Part shown: positions 47,862 to 58,122 of the stretch, piece after piece
Position numbering within the stretch: position 1 is the first letter of the stretch
Layout: each line of letters starts with the position of its first letter
Assembly: GCA_937934705.1 (NCBI GenBank)
Contig: CALGYY010000117.1
Location: 2,277-66,276, forward strand
Length of the DNA stretch: 64,000 bases
Reading direction: 5' to 3'
Source of the DNA: an uncultured Bacteroidota bacterium
Lineage (GTDB): Bacteria; Bacteroidota; Bacteroidia; Bacteroidales; CAIWKO01
Program-made: the position numbers and the translations under genes
The notes under the pieces: generated by a model
The model's database searches: none
Seen by the model: only the letters and a program-made list of their open reading frames with translations
Told to the model about the DNA's origin: nothing

Positions 47862-49828
47862 TATTTGGTGGGTTTGTAACCCCGCTTTTTAGCCATTTCT
47901 TCCAGTCGGGCCTGGAACCCGGACTTTTTCACCGGTTTCTTCTTGTTTTCCTGAATCTGCTCATGAATCTTCTCTTCATTAATGAATTTGCGGATGAGGA
48001 ACATCTGAAGGAAGGTGATCATGTTGGCCAGGAAGTAATAGTAGCTCAAACCGGAGGCGAAGCTGTTGAAGAACCCAAGGAAAAGCACCGGCATCAGGTA
48101 CATCATGACCTTCATGCCCGGAAGCTGCTGTGAAGTGCCCATGAGCTGGTTGTTGAGCCATGTGTAGATGATGGTGGTGATGGTCATCAGGAGGGTGAAA
48201 AGACTGATATGGTTGCCGTAGAAATCGCTGAGCAAGGGAATATAGGTATCCCAGGAGGCGATGCTGTCGTAACTTGAAAGATCCTCGGCCCAGAGGAAGG
48301 ACTGCTGACGCAGTTCAATACTGGAGGGAAAAAAGCGGTAGAGGGCGATAAGAATCGGCATCTGAAGAAGCAATGGCACGCATCCGGCCATCGGGTTCAC
48401 CCCGGCCTTTTTGTACAGTGCCATGGTGGCCTGTTGCTTCTTCATGGCATCCTCTTTCTTCGGGAACTTCTTGTTGATTTCCTCCACTTCAGGACGCAAC
48501 ACCCGCATTTTTGCCGAAGATTTATAGGTTCTGTAAGCAATAGGGAACAGCACAATCTTCAGCATGATGGTCAGCAGAAGAATAATGATCCCGTAATTCA
48601 TACCATAGGTTTCCAGCCAGTTAAATACGGGGATCACAGCAAAACGGTTGATCCACTGCAGCAGGAAGAAACTCCATCCCAGCGGGATCTGACGTTCCAG
48701 ATCCAGATCGTACTTCGTCAGGGTCTTGTACTTGTTCGGGCCGAAATACAGCATCATTGGAAATGACTGCTTGCTGCCGGGTTCAAGTGTCAGCGTGATC
48801 TGTGCGAACATTGACTTAAGATACAGCGGATCAGTGGTATCTGTCTTCGTTTTTACCTCAATATCGGCTTCTTTGAAGCTTTCTTTCGCGATGAGTGTTG
48901 AAAGGAAGAACTGCTGTTTGAAAGAGATCCACTTCATGGGGACCTTGAACTGCTTTTCATCATCCCCTGTTTCGGAGAGATAATCAACTGCGTCGTCCTT
49001 GGGCATGAAATAGATGGTGGTCGAATTGTGCTCTGTTTTGTGGTCTTTCTCCTGCTGCTGAAGGTCAGCCCGCCATTCAAAATAAAGGTAATTGGAATTC
49101 CCCGTCAGCACAGTATTCATATTCTCCATGTTGACACTGAAATCCATCATATAATTGTTGCCCTTCAGCACATAACGGTACTCAATAAAACGGGTTTTAT
49201 CCACCACGCTGTCATTCAGGTCAGGATATAGCCTCATGCAGAAAACCACGGAATCATCCCCTGATATCTTTATATTGTCTTTGCCCTCAAAACGCTTATC
49301 TTCAACATATGGCTGAAAAAAGAATGAGGATGTTCTGTACAAAGCGTTGTTGCTGCCATAGAAATTCATGGTCAGCGTGGAATCTGAATCAAAAAGAATC
49401 AGGGGTCGTTGATCATAGGTTTTATAATCCTTCAGCTCAACCTGTGAAATAAACCCGCCCCTCGAGGATATCCGCAATTTGACCAGATCATTTTCAACGG
49501 TCAGATAACGATTCTGACCGCTTGATGAAAGGGCAAAGGCTCCCACCCTCACCTGCTGTTCTTCTTTACGGATACTGTCAGCCCGGGCAGTTGTATCCTT
49601 TTCCAGTGCCAGCCTGGCAGCGGCGATGGAATCGTTTTTTTTCTGCACCGCATAAGCGCTGATGGAGTCCAGGCGGGCCTTTTCCTGTGCGGCTCTGACC
49701 ATGGAATCCTGTTTCTTCTGCATGGCAGCCTTTTCCTCTTTCGACGGAGCCGTAAGCATGCTGTAGCCAAAGATAATCGCGAAAATCACGAGTATTCCGA
49801 CAATGGTGTTGATGGTGCTTTTGTTCAT
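47861..49828 (-). CDS. yidC: membrane protein insertase YidC (long Bacteroidota form)
   Basis: It has an N-terminal anchor, a large periplasmic domain, and the conserved C-terminal core (GCVPLLLQMPILIALYRFF...SFLWAEDLS). Confidence 0.93.
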   Translation of the reverse strand: MNKSTINTIVGILVIFAIIFGYSMLTAPSKEEKAAMQKKQDSMVRAAQEKARLDSISAYAVQKKNDSIAAARLALEKDTTARADSIRKEEQQVRVGAFALSSSGQNRYLTVENDLVKLRISSRGGFISQVELKDYKTYDQRPLILFDSDSTLTMNFYGSNNALYRTSSFFFQPYVEDKRFEGKDNIKISGDDSVVFCMRLYPDLNDSVVDKTRFIEYRYVLKGNNYMMDFSVNMENMNTVLTGNSNYLYFEWRADLQQQEKDHKTEHNSTTIYFMPKDDAVDYLSETGDDEKQFKVPMKWISFKQQFFLSTLIAKESFKEADIEVKTKTDTTDPLYLKSMFAQITLTLEPGSKQSFPMMLYFGPNKYKTLTKYDLDLERQIPLGWSFFLLQWINRFAVIPVFNWLETYGMNYGIIILLLTIMLKIVLFPIAYRTYKSSAKMRVLRPEVEEINKKFPKKEDAMKKQQATMALYKKAGVNPMAGCVPLLLQMPILIALYRFFPSSIELRQQSFLWAEDLSSYDSIASWDTYIPLLSDFYGNHISLFTLLMTITTIIYTWLNNQLMGTSQQLPGMKVMMYLMPVLFLGFFNSFASGLSYYYFLANMITFLQMFLIRKFINEEKIHEQIQENKKKPVKKSGFQARLEEMAKKRGYKPTK

Positions 49829-49958
49829 TTTGATCCGGTTAGTATATAAAAATGCAAGGGGGCAAAGATACCATTATTCATCAAATGCTCAGAATTCAGG
49901 ACGCAGATCAGGGAAACTTATTTCACTCCCGGGTATATTCCCCTGCCCTGTGTTCGGC

Positions 49959-51089
49959 TCAGGCATCCATCAGCAATGCAGTCACATGGTCGGCCATCAG
50001 CTTACCGCTGCGTGACAGATAAATCCTGTTGCCTTCGCGGGCGAGCCAGCCTTTTTCAAACGGACCGACCATTCGTTCTTCCATACCATGTACTACTTTT
50101 TCATTGAATATCCTTGCCGCTTCCTTCAGATCAATCCCCTCGCGCGTCCGGATGCGGGTCAGGATATATTCATTCAATTTCTGGAGCGGACTCAGAACTT
50201 CACGATCCAAAGGCAGGGTCGCTGCAGCAGCCATCCGGATATAGGTATCCAGATTTGCCGGATTCCACCAGCGGGAATGTCCATCGTAAGAATGGGCCGA
50301 AGGCCCGAAACCCCAATAATTTGTTCCGTTCCAGTAGGCGGAATTATGCTTCGAGCGGTGTTCAGGAAGAGCATAATTACTGATCTCATAATGTTCATAA
50401 CCCAATTCTTCCAGAAGATCCATGGTTATAAGAAACTGGGAGGCTGTCTGTGCTTCATCAGGGGATGCCATCAGCCCCTTACGTATCCTGGCATTGAGCG
50501 CGGTCTGTTCCTCAACTGTTAGCGCGTAAACCGAAATATGATGAACGCCCAGTCCCGCCAGAATTCTCAGGTCGTCAGTGAGCGAAGCGTCTGTTTGACC
50601 CGGTATTCCGAGGATCAGGTCAGCAGAAACGGAATTTGCCCCGCTTTTCATCAGTTTTTGAAGGGCATTCTGCGCATCGCCTGCGGTGTGATTTCTCGAA
50701 AGATAGTCCAGACAGTGCTCATCAAAAGTCTGTATCCCCAGACTGAACCGATTGATGCCGGCCCTGAGCCAGTCCTCCGGCGATTGCTCTTTAAGGTCTT
50801 CCGGATTCAGCTCAAGAGTCACCTCGGCGTTCTGATCAAGCGGCATCCGTTCCCTCAGGGCCGTCAAAAGCATAAAGATCTCTGAAGGGTCGAGCAGTCC
50901 CGGGGAACCCCCGCCGAAATAAACGGTACGGATCTCCTGTTGCGCAGCCGCCGGCCTTTCCTGCCCGATCTCCTGCATCAGTGCTTTCAGGAATTCAGGC
51001 TTACGGTGAAAGGCCGCCACAGAAAAGAAGTTGCAATAACAGCATTTACGGCGGCAAAAAGGAATATGAATGTAAACGCCCGCCATCAT
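49959..51089 (-). CDS. hemW: radical SAM heme chaperone HemW (HemN-like)
   Basis: It has VYIHIPFCRRKCCYCNF (a CxxxCxxC-type cluster) and the HemN_C region. Confidence 0.88.
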   Translation of the reverse strand: MMAGVYIHIPFCRRKCCYCNFFSVAAFHRKPEFLKALMQEIGQERPAAAQQEIRTVYFGGGSPGLLDPSEIFMLLTALRERMPLDQNAEVTLELNPEDLKEQSPEDWLRAGINRFSLGIQTFDEHCLDYLSRNHTAGDAQNALQKLMKSGANSVSADLILGIPGQTDASLTDDLRILAGLGVHHISVYALTVEEQTALNARIRKGLMASPDEAQTASQFLITMDLLEELGYEHYEISNYALPEHRSKHNSAYWNGTNYWGFGPSAHSYDGHSRWWNPANLDTYIRMAAAATLPLDREVLSPLQKLNEYILTRIRTREGIDLKEAARIFNEKVVHGMEERMVGPFEKGWLAREGNRIYLSRSGKLMADHVTALLMDA

Positions 51090-51098
51090 CGCACAGGA

Positions 51099-52328
51099 TT
51101 ATTTCCTTTGCAGAAAGCGGTCAAAAACGGGTTCTTCCTTCGCAGAGCTACCGCCGCCACTGACTTTGCCTCCCATTTTTTCATTCAGTTTGATGAGAGA
51201 GTCCAGCAGAATCTGGATGGTATGGCTGCAGGCATCGGGACAGTACTCCAGTGGATTTACTTTAAGACGGATCTTCATGTACACAGGCTGATGATCAGAA
51301 TACCGGAAGCCGTCATCCAGCACCCGGGTTTCCCTGACTTCAACATTGGGCGAACAGACAAAGAAATCAATGGTAGAAGTCAGCGTCGATCCCTCAGCAT
51401 AGGGAGCGCTCACTTCACGGTTGGTCGGTACGGCATGGTCATAGGCCAGGGTCCACCCTGAGGGAAAGAAAGTATTTTCCAGAACAGGGACTTCGGGTTT
51501 GCGGACGTAAGGTTTTTTATACCGCAGGCTGTCGTGTTTCGGCGGGCCCTGATTCCAGTCGCCACCGGCCACCACAAAGTTTCCGCTTTCGTACTCAGCC
51601 AGCATGAAGTTCCGCAACAGCCAGAGTTCGTAGATTCTGAGAGCCCCTGCAGCATCATACGCAGAATTGTGAAGGTTGATGATGACCAGGTCTCCGCTTC
51701 CTGCAAGCCGGAAACGCTGGATCACAAAACAGCGATCCAGCATGAATATTTTCATGGGCCAGCTGTAATTCACAGGAGAAGCGATCCTTTGTGATGAGGC
51801 CGGGACGAAGCGGCTGCAACTCATCATGCCTGACTGAACTTCTCCCATCGGGCGGGTGACGGGCAAAGGAACAAAGCCAACCTTGTAATTCTGCGCGAAG
51901 ACAGCGGTGTGTCCTTCAAGACTTTCCCTGATCAGTGCAGTCTGATCGGTGTGATAGCTTCTGGATGCGTCCGAATCCACTTCCTGAAGCAGGAAAAAAT
52001 CTATGCTGTCATAATCAGCCAGCCGGTTGTAGATCCCGTTCAGGTATTCCTGATAAAAGTCTTCACCGGGCTTACTGTGACTGCCTCCGTCATAGAAGAA
52101 GTCCATTTCCCGACCCAGGCCGCAATAACCGATATTCCAGCTCAGGAAGCTGAAATCGGTAGTGAAAACGGGGTTTTTCTGGACACCACGCTCATTACTC
52201 AGTTCTTCAACAGCTTGCGGCTGATAATCGGTCAGACTGGAGTAAATCAAAAAACCTGCAGACAGGGCCACCAGCACCACGACAATGATCAGCAGGGTTT
52301 TAAGTATAACGCGCAGGACTTTTTTCAT
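51099..52328 (-). CDS. membrane-anchored endonuclease/exonuclease/phosphatase (EEP) family protein
   Basis: It has an N-terminal TM helix, WNIGYCG, LLQEVD and a terminal SDHQPV motif. An extension of about 60 aa follows, and I recognise no family for it. Confidence 0.75.
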   Translation of the reverse strand: MKKVLRVILKTLLIIVVVLVALSAGFLIYSSLTDYQPQAVEELSNERGVQKNPVFTTDFSFLSWNIGYCGLGREMDFFYDGGSHSKPGEDFYQEYLNGIYNRLADYDSIDFFLLQEVDSDASRSYHTDQTALIRESLEGHTAVFAQNYKVGFVPLPVTRPMGEVQSGMMSCSRFVPASSQRIASPVNYSWPMKIFMLDRCFVIQRFRLAGSGDLVIINLHNSAYDAAGALRIYELWLLRNFMLAEYESGNFVVAGGDWNQGPPKHDSLRYKKPYVRKPEVPVLENTFFPSGWTLAYDHAVPTNREVSAPYAEGSTLTSTIDFFVCSPNVEVRETRVLDDGFRYSDHQPVYMKIRLKVNPLEYCPDACSHTIQILLDSLIKLNEKMGGKVSGGGSSAKEEPVFDRFLQRK

Positions 52329-52506
52329 GGATCAATACCTCCTATACGGAAGCAAATATAGCATTTTTACCATGCCCGCAAATGCCTGCCTGAGCAATAC
52401 CCGGAAGCGACGCGTAAAAAATGCGCATCAGTGATTACATTTTGACCGGATATTTTATACTTTTACCTTCCTTTATCTGACCATAAATTTCAATAAACCC
52501 AATTCC

Positions 52507-55500
52507 ATGGACAAGAAGAAAATCATTCTCGCTGCAGTGATCGCGTTATTGCTGGTGGTCACCATCATTCTGGTGTTTACGACCGGGGCGCCGGCCAGGG
52601 TAAAAGTAAACCCTGCTTTTAAAGACTACATTTCAGGCTTCACCTCGAGCGTAATCAGCACCGAATCAACGATCAGGGTTGAGCTGGCCAACGACTACGC
52701 CGACTCCAGCATGTTTGAAAAAGCGGTTGATGCCAAACTGTTTGATTTCAGTCCGGGAATCAACGGAAAAACATACTGGGTCAGCACCCGAACCCTTGAG
52801 TTCAGGCCTGATAAGCCGATGAAGCAAAACACCTTGTATACGGCGAAATTCTTTATCTCTAAAATTCTGAATATGCCGGACAGCCTGGAAACATTCGTTT
52901 TCCAGTTTCATACGGCCAAGCAGGCAGCAGAAATGACTGTTGAAAACCATAAGGCCTACGATAAAAAGAACCTGGCCTGGGAAAAGGTGACCGGAACTGT
53001 CCGCACAGCTGATGTTGCCGGGCCGGATCTTGTCAGTAAAGCGATTACCGCCCGGCAGAACGGGAAAGATCTTAAGGTGACGGTGGTCGCCTCGGGTGAC
53101 CGCAAAACCTTCACTTTCCAGGTCGACAGCGTGAAAAGGGGCAAAGAGGCGGGATCGGTGGAGATCACCTTCAACGGAAAAGAAATCGGTGCTGAATCTG
53201 ATGATACGCGTACCGTTCTGATTCCGTCGATTGATGATTTCATTCTGACAGGTGTTAAGGTCTTCCAGATGCCGGAACAGCACGTTCTGCTTCAGTTCTC
53301 GGATCCAATTAAAGAGGACCAGACCCTGGATGGCATCATCAAGATCGGAGATCTCACGGGACTCAATTTCGCGATTGAAGACAATGAAGTACGTGTTTAT
53401 GTAGGAGAAGGCGAATACGGCACCCAGGAACTGGTCATCGAAACCGCACTGAAGAACAGTATGGGAAAGAACCTGAAACGCAAGGTTGCGGAAAGCATCG
53501 TTTTCGAAGACCTCAAACCGGATATCCGGCTGATCGGCAATGGTGTGATCCTGCCCAGCTCCAATGGACTGATCTTCCCGTTTGAAGCAGTCAACCTGAA
53601 AGCTGTTGACGTAAAGATCATGAGGATCTATGAAAACAATATTGCACAGTTCCTTCAGGTCAATGAACTGGATGGTCAGCGTGAACTCAGCCGTGTAGGT
53701 AAGGTCATCCTGAAAAAGACCGTACTGCTTTCATCTGCCACCAATGCTCCGGTGAATTACGGAAAATGGAACAGATTCTCAATTGATCTTTCAGAGATGA
53801 TCAAGGCAGAACCCGGCGCCATTTACAGGGTCAGCCTGAGTTTCAAGAAAGCATACTCACTGTATGCCTGTGACGAAGAACCCCAGACTGATGAAGAAAT
53901 CCTTGCTGCAGGCTGGAACGATACCGGTGATGAAGAATCAGACTGGGATTATTACAGTGATTACGACGATTATTATTATGATTACTATGATGATTATTAC
54001 TATTACGGCTGGGGAAGTGATTATGAAGATCCCTGCGAGGATTACTATTACAGTGGCAAAACATACAGCCGGAATATCCTGGCCAGTGACATTGGTCTGA
54101 TCGCCAAGATAGGCGCAGCCGGCAAGGTATATATATATTCTGCCAATCTTGTTACAACCGCAGCGATGAGCGGTGTAGGTCTGAATTTCTATGATTACCA
54201 GAACCAGCTGATCGGCAAGGGTGTGACCAACAGTGACGGTATGGCTGAGATTCAGTTGAAAAAATCGCCACATCTGCTGGTGGCCAATTACGGAAAGCAA
54301 AAAGCCTATCTGCGTCTCGTGGGCGGTTCATCTCTTTCTCTGAGTATGTTTGATGTAAGCGGGGAATCTGTCCGCAAAGGGATCAAAGGATTTATCTATG
54401 GTGAACGCGGGGTCTGGCGCCCGGGAGATTCCATTTATCTGACCTTCATTTTGGAGGATAAGCTGAAACGCCTGCCCCCGGAAGCACCGGTGGTTTTCAA
54501 CCTGGTCAACCCCAGGGGTGTAAAAGTAGCCACTGCCGTGCGTACTGCAGGTGTCAACGGGTTTTATGATTTCAGGACGGCAACAGATCCGTCTGCGGTG
54601 ACCGGAAACTATACGGCAGAATTCAAGGTCGGGGGTGCCTATTTCAGCAAGACCCTTAAGATCGAAACCATCAAACCCAACCGTTTGAAAGTGAAACTGG
54701 ATTTCGGTGCGGATAAAGTGATCGGGCACAAAGAAAGTAAAGGTGTGCTGGAAGCGCGCTGGCTGCACGGTGCGATTGCCAGAAATCTCAGGGCAACGGT
54801 GAATGTCAACCTGGTTCCTTCGTCAACAGTGTTTGAAAAGTTCCCGGGCTATGTTTTTGATGATCCTGCCCGTCGTTTCTATTCTGACCAGACCACCATT
54901 TTTGACGGGAAACTGGATGAAGAAGGCAAAGCGGAGGTAACTCCCGACATCAACCTCGGTGAAAATGCACCGGGTGTATTGCGTGCCTATTTTGAAACCC
55001 GCGTGTTTGAAGAGGGCGGTGATTTCAGTGTTGACCGTTTCTCACTCCCTTATTATCCGTATACTTCTTATGTAGGCATCAGGGTTCCTGAGGGACAGCA
55101 ATACGACATGATACTTGAGACCGGAAAAACGCACAGCATTAATTTCATTAACCTGGATGCCAACGGCAAGAAACTTCCGGGAAAGAAAATCAAAGTCGAC
55201 ATTTATAAGGTGGACTGGCGCTGGTGGTGGGACAATTCCGGTTCGGATCTGGCTGATTTTGTCCGCAGTTCGTACAACGCCCCGGTGGATACATTAACAC
55301 TGACGACCATCAGCGGGGCTGCAAGTTTCAATTTCAAAGTTGAAGATGCTGACTGGGGACGTTATTTTATCAGGGCGACAGACGTTGAGAGCGGACACAG
55401 CACGGGTAAGATCATTTATGTGGACTGGCCCAACTGGGCAAGCCGCACCCGTGAAGGCAAAGAAGCGGCCTCCATGCTGATCTTCTCTGCAGATAAGGAC

Positions 55501-57564
55501 AAATATGAAGTGGGAGAGCTGGTCAATCTGACCATTCCCAGCACAGAAGGCGGAAGGGCTCTGATCACCATCGAAACGGGTACCTCCGTGATACAGTCCC
55601 ACTGGATCCGCACAGAGGCCAACCAGACCTTCTTCTCTTTCAAGATCACTGAAGACATGGCACCCAACGTTTACGCGAGTGTGACCATGCTGCAACCCCA
55701 TGCACAGACGGTGAACGATCTGCCCATCCGTCTGTATGGAGTGATCCCGATCCATGTGGAAAATAAGAACACCCACCTGAAACCTGTCATTTCTATGGCG
55801 GATGTACTGCGTCCTGAAGAAAACGCCAGCATCACCATTAAAGAAGAGAGCGGCAGGGCCATGACCTATACCGTGGCCGTAGTAGATGAAGGCTTACTGG
55901 ATCTGACCAAGTTCAAAACACCGGATCCCTGGGCCTATTTCTACGCCAGGGAAGCTCTTGGCATCCGCACATGGGATGTGTACGACGATGTTATCGGTGC
56001 TTACGGCGGCCAGCTCGACAGGATACTAAGCCTCGGGGGTGGTGATGATGGTGAGAGCGGTGGTGGTAAAAACAGGGCCAACCGCTTCAAGCCCATGGTG
56101 AAGTTCTTCGGTCCTTTTGCCTTAAAGGCCGGACAGTCGAAAACCTTCACCTTTAAAATGCCGCAGTACATTGGTTCGGTCAGGGTCATGGTGGTGGCCG
56201 GGCAGGACGGCGCTTACGGCTCTGCGGAGAAAACAGTAGCGGTTAAAAAGCCTTTGATGTTACTGGCTACATTACCCAGGGTGGTCGGGCCGGATGAAGA
56301 AGTATCCCTGCCGGTATCTGTATTCGCCATGGAGAACCATATTAAAAATGTATCGGTAAAAGTCCAGGCCAACAATCTGTTCACTATCGAGGGCGGGGAC
56401 ATGCAACAGATCAGCTTTGCGCAAACCGGTGACGAACTGGTCACTTTCAAGCTCAAAGTGAAACCCGGTGTGGGCGTTGGAAAGGTGAAGGTGATGGCCA
56501 ATTGCGGCAAGGAGTGGGCAGCTCATGAGATCGAGATTGAGGTCAGGAACCCCAATCCCGAAATGACCCAGGTGGTAGAAGCCGTGATCAAACCCGGAGA
56601 GACCTGGAACGGGAATTATGTCCCGCCCGGGATTGCCGGAACCAATAAGGGAACACTGGAGCTGTCTTCGATTCCTCCCATCAATCTTGAAAAACGTCTC
56701 AAATACCTGGTGAGTTATCCTTATGGCTGCGTCGAACAAACAACCTCGGCAGTATTCCCGCAGCTTTACTTGGGTGAACTCATGGAACTGGACGAAAAGT
56801 ATAAAGCCAGGATTGACAAAAATATCAAAGCAGGAATCAGTAAGATTCTGAGCTTCCAGAATGCCACCGGAGGTTTATCCTACTGGCCGGGATCGACTTA
56901 TGCGGATGACTGGGCAACAACCTATGCCGGACATTTCATGCTTGAGGCGAAAGAAAAGGGATACGCGGTATCCGCCACCTTCCTGAGCAAGTGGAAAACA
57001 TACCAGCGCAAACAAGCCAATGCCTGGAGCAGCAATATGAACCGCTATTACTTCAACTCTGATCTCTCCCAGGCCTATCGGCTCTATACCCTGGCGCTGG
57101 CGGGATCACCGGAAATGGGTGCAATGAACCTCTTACGCGAGCAGAAGAACCTCTCGGCCGCTGCCAAATGGAGACTTGCCGCGGCCTATCAGCTGGCAGG
57201 CCAGCCCGAGGTGGCCAAAGCCCTTGTCAGCAGTGCCACAACAACCATAAGCTATTACCGGGAGCAATACTTCACTTATGGTTCACCCGAAAGGGATCAG
57301 GCCATGATCATTGAAGCTTTATGCCTCATGGGACAGTTCACCAAAGCTGCACCACTGGTAAAGACCCTTTCAGCCAACCTCAGCAAAGATTACTGGATGA
57401 GCACCCAAACCACTGCCTACAGTCTGATCGCCATCAGCCGGTTTGTCAGACAAAACGGTACCGCTTCGGGTCTGGATCTGAGTTATACCCTGAATAATGG
57501 CCAGGCAGTGAGCAAAACCAGCAAGAAGTCGGTGATGAATGTCGACATGAACCTGAAAGGCTAA
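52507..57564 (+). CDS. alpha-2-macroglobulin family protein (thioester type), N-terminal 1685 codons ending at an in-frame TAA
   Basis: It has an N-terminal TM anchor and MG-domain repeats. The thioester motif GCVEQ is at 56725..56739 (YPYGCVEQTTS). A terpenoid-cyclase-like TED region follows. The frame continues after the TAA at 57562..57564. Confidence 0.85.
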   Translation: MDKKKIILAAVIALLLVVTIILVFTTGAPARVKVNPAFKDYISGFTSSVISTESTIRVELANDYADSSMFEKAVDAKLFDFSPGINGKTYWVSTRTLEFRPDKPMKQNTLYTAKFFISKILNMPDSLETFVFQFHTAKQAAEMTVENHKAYDKKNLAWEKVTGTVRTADVAGPDLVSKAITARQNGKDLKVTVVASGDRKTFTFQVDSVKRGKEAGSVEITFNGKEIGAESDDTRTVLIPSIDDFILTGVKVFQMPEQHVLLQFSDPIKEDQTLDGIIKIGDLTGLNFAIEDNEVRVYVGEGEYGTQELVIETALKNSMGKNLKRKVAESIVFEDLKPDIRLIGNGVILPSSNGLIFPFEAVNLKAVDVKIMRIYENNIAQFLQVNELDGQRELSRVGKVILKKTVLLSSATNAPVNYGKWNRFSIDLSEMIKAEPGAIYRVSLSFKKAYSLYACDEEPQTDEEILAAGWNDTGDEESDWDYYSDYDDYYYDYYDDYYYYGWGSDYEDPCEDYYYSGKTYSRNILASDIGLIAKIGAAGKVYIYSANLVTTAAMSGVGLNFYDYQNQLIGKGVTNSDGMAEIQLKKSPHLLVANYGKQKAYLRLVGGSSLSLSMFDVSGESVRKGIKGFIYGERGVWRPGDSIYLTFILEDKLKRLPPEAPVVFNLVNPRGVKVATAVRTAGVNGFYDFRTATDPSAVTGNYTAEFKVGGAYFSKTLKIETIKPNRLKVKLDFGADKVIGHKESKGVLEARWLHGAIARNLRATVNVNLVPSSTVFEKFPGYVFDDPARRFYSDQTTIFDGKLDEEGKAEVTPDINLGENAPGVLRAYFETRVFEEGGDFSVDRFSLPYYPYTSYVGIRVPEGQQYDMILETGKTHSINFINLDANGKKLPGKKIKVDIYKVDWRWWWDNSGSDLADFVRSSYNAPVDTLTLTTISGAASFNFKVEDADWGRYFIRATDVESGHSTGKIIYVDWPNWASRTREGKEAASMLIFSADKDKYEVGELVNLTIPSTEGGRALITIETGTSVIQSHWIRTEANQTFFSFKITEDMAPNVYASVTMLQPHAQTVNDLPIRLYGVIPIHVENKNTHLKPVISMADVLRPEENASITIKEESGRAMTYTVAVVDEGLLDLTKFKTPDPWAYFYAREALGIRTWDVYDDVIGAYGGQLDRILSLGGGDDGESGGGKNRANRFKPMVKFFGPFALKAGQSKTFTFKMPQYIGSVRVMVVAGQDGAYGSAEKTVAVKKPLMLLATLPRVVGPDEEVSLPVSVFAMENHIKNVSVKVQANNLFTIEGGDMQQISFAQTGDELVTFKLKVKPGVGVGKVKVMANCGKEWAAHEIEIEVRNPNPEMTQVVEAVIKPGETWNGNYVPPGIAGTNKGTLELSSIPPINLEKRLKYLVSYPYGCVEQTTSAVFPQLYLGELMELDEKYKARIDKNIKAGISKILSFQNATGGLSYWPGSTYADDWATTYAGHFMLEAKEKGYAVSATFLSKWKTYQRKQANAWSSNMNRYYFNSDLSQAYRLYTLALAGSPEMGAMNLLREQKNLSAAAKWRLAAAYQLAGQPEVAKALVSSATTTISYYREQYFTYGSPERDQAMIIEALCLMGQFTKAAPLVKTLSANLSKDYWMSTQTTAYSLIAISRFVRQNGTASGLDLSYTLNNGQAVSKTSKKSVMNVDMNLKG

Positions 57565-57579
57565 GCCCAGAAAGGCAAG

Positions 57580-58116
57580 GTGAAAATCCAGAACAAATCC
57601 AGGGGTATTCTGTATGCCAGGGTGATCCTGCAGGGCGTTCCGGCGGCAGGTGAAGAAAAGGCAGCATCCAGCAATCTGACCATTGACGTGAATTTCACAG
57701 ACCTGAAGGGCGGTAAAATCGACATTTCCAAACTGCCCCAGGGGACTGATTTCATTTGTGAAATCAAGATCGGAAACCCGGGTCTGATGGGTCATTACTA
57801 CAATCTCGCATTGACCTCTGTCTTCCCGTCTGGATGGGAGATCCACAATACCCGTATGGATGAGTTCAGCGGCAGGGTCAAGAACGATCCTTACGACTAC
57901 CAGGATTTCAGGGACGACCGCGTGAATACTTTCTTCGGACTTCAGACCAAGGTCAGTAAAACATACAGGGTAATGCTGAACGCGAGTTATCTTGGCCGCT
58001 TCTATCTGCCGGGCTTCGTGGCTCAGGCCATGTACGACAATACCATCAATGCCAGTTCTTCAGGAAAATGGGTTGAAGTGGTTCCTTATGACGAAAAGAC
58101 ATCTGCCAGAAAATAA
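57580..58116 (+). CDS. alpha-2-macroglobulin C-terminal (MG10/receptor-binding-like) fragment, in the same frame as 52507..57564
   Basis: 57580 minus 52507 is divisible by 3. Only the TAA and five sense codons (AQKGK) separate the two ORFs. The sequence (KIQNKSRGILYARVILQGVP...SGWEIHNTRM...FYLPGFVAQAMYD) is typical of the end of bacterial A2M proteins. Confidence 0.7.
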   Translation: MKIQNKSRGILYARVILQGVPAAGEEKAASSNLTIDVNFTDLKGGKIDISKLPQGTDFICEIKIGNPGLMGHYYNLALTSVFPSGWEIHNTRMDEFSGRVKNDPYDYQDFRDDRVNTFFGLQTKVSKTYRVMLNASYLGRFYLPGFVAQAMYDNTINASSSGKWVEVVPYDEKTSARK

Positions 58117-58122
58117 TCTGCA

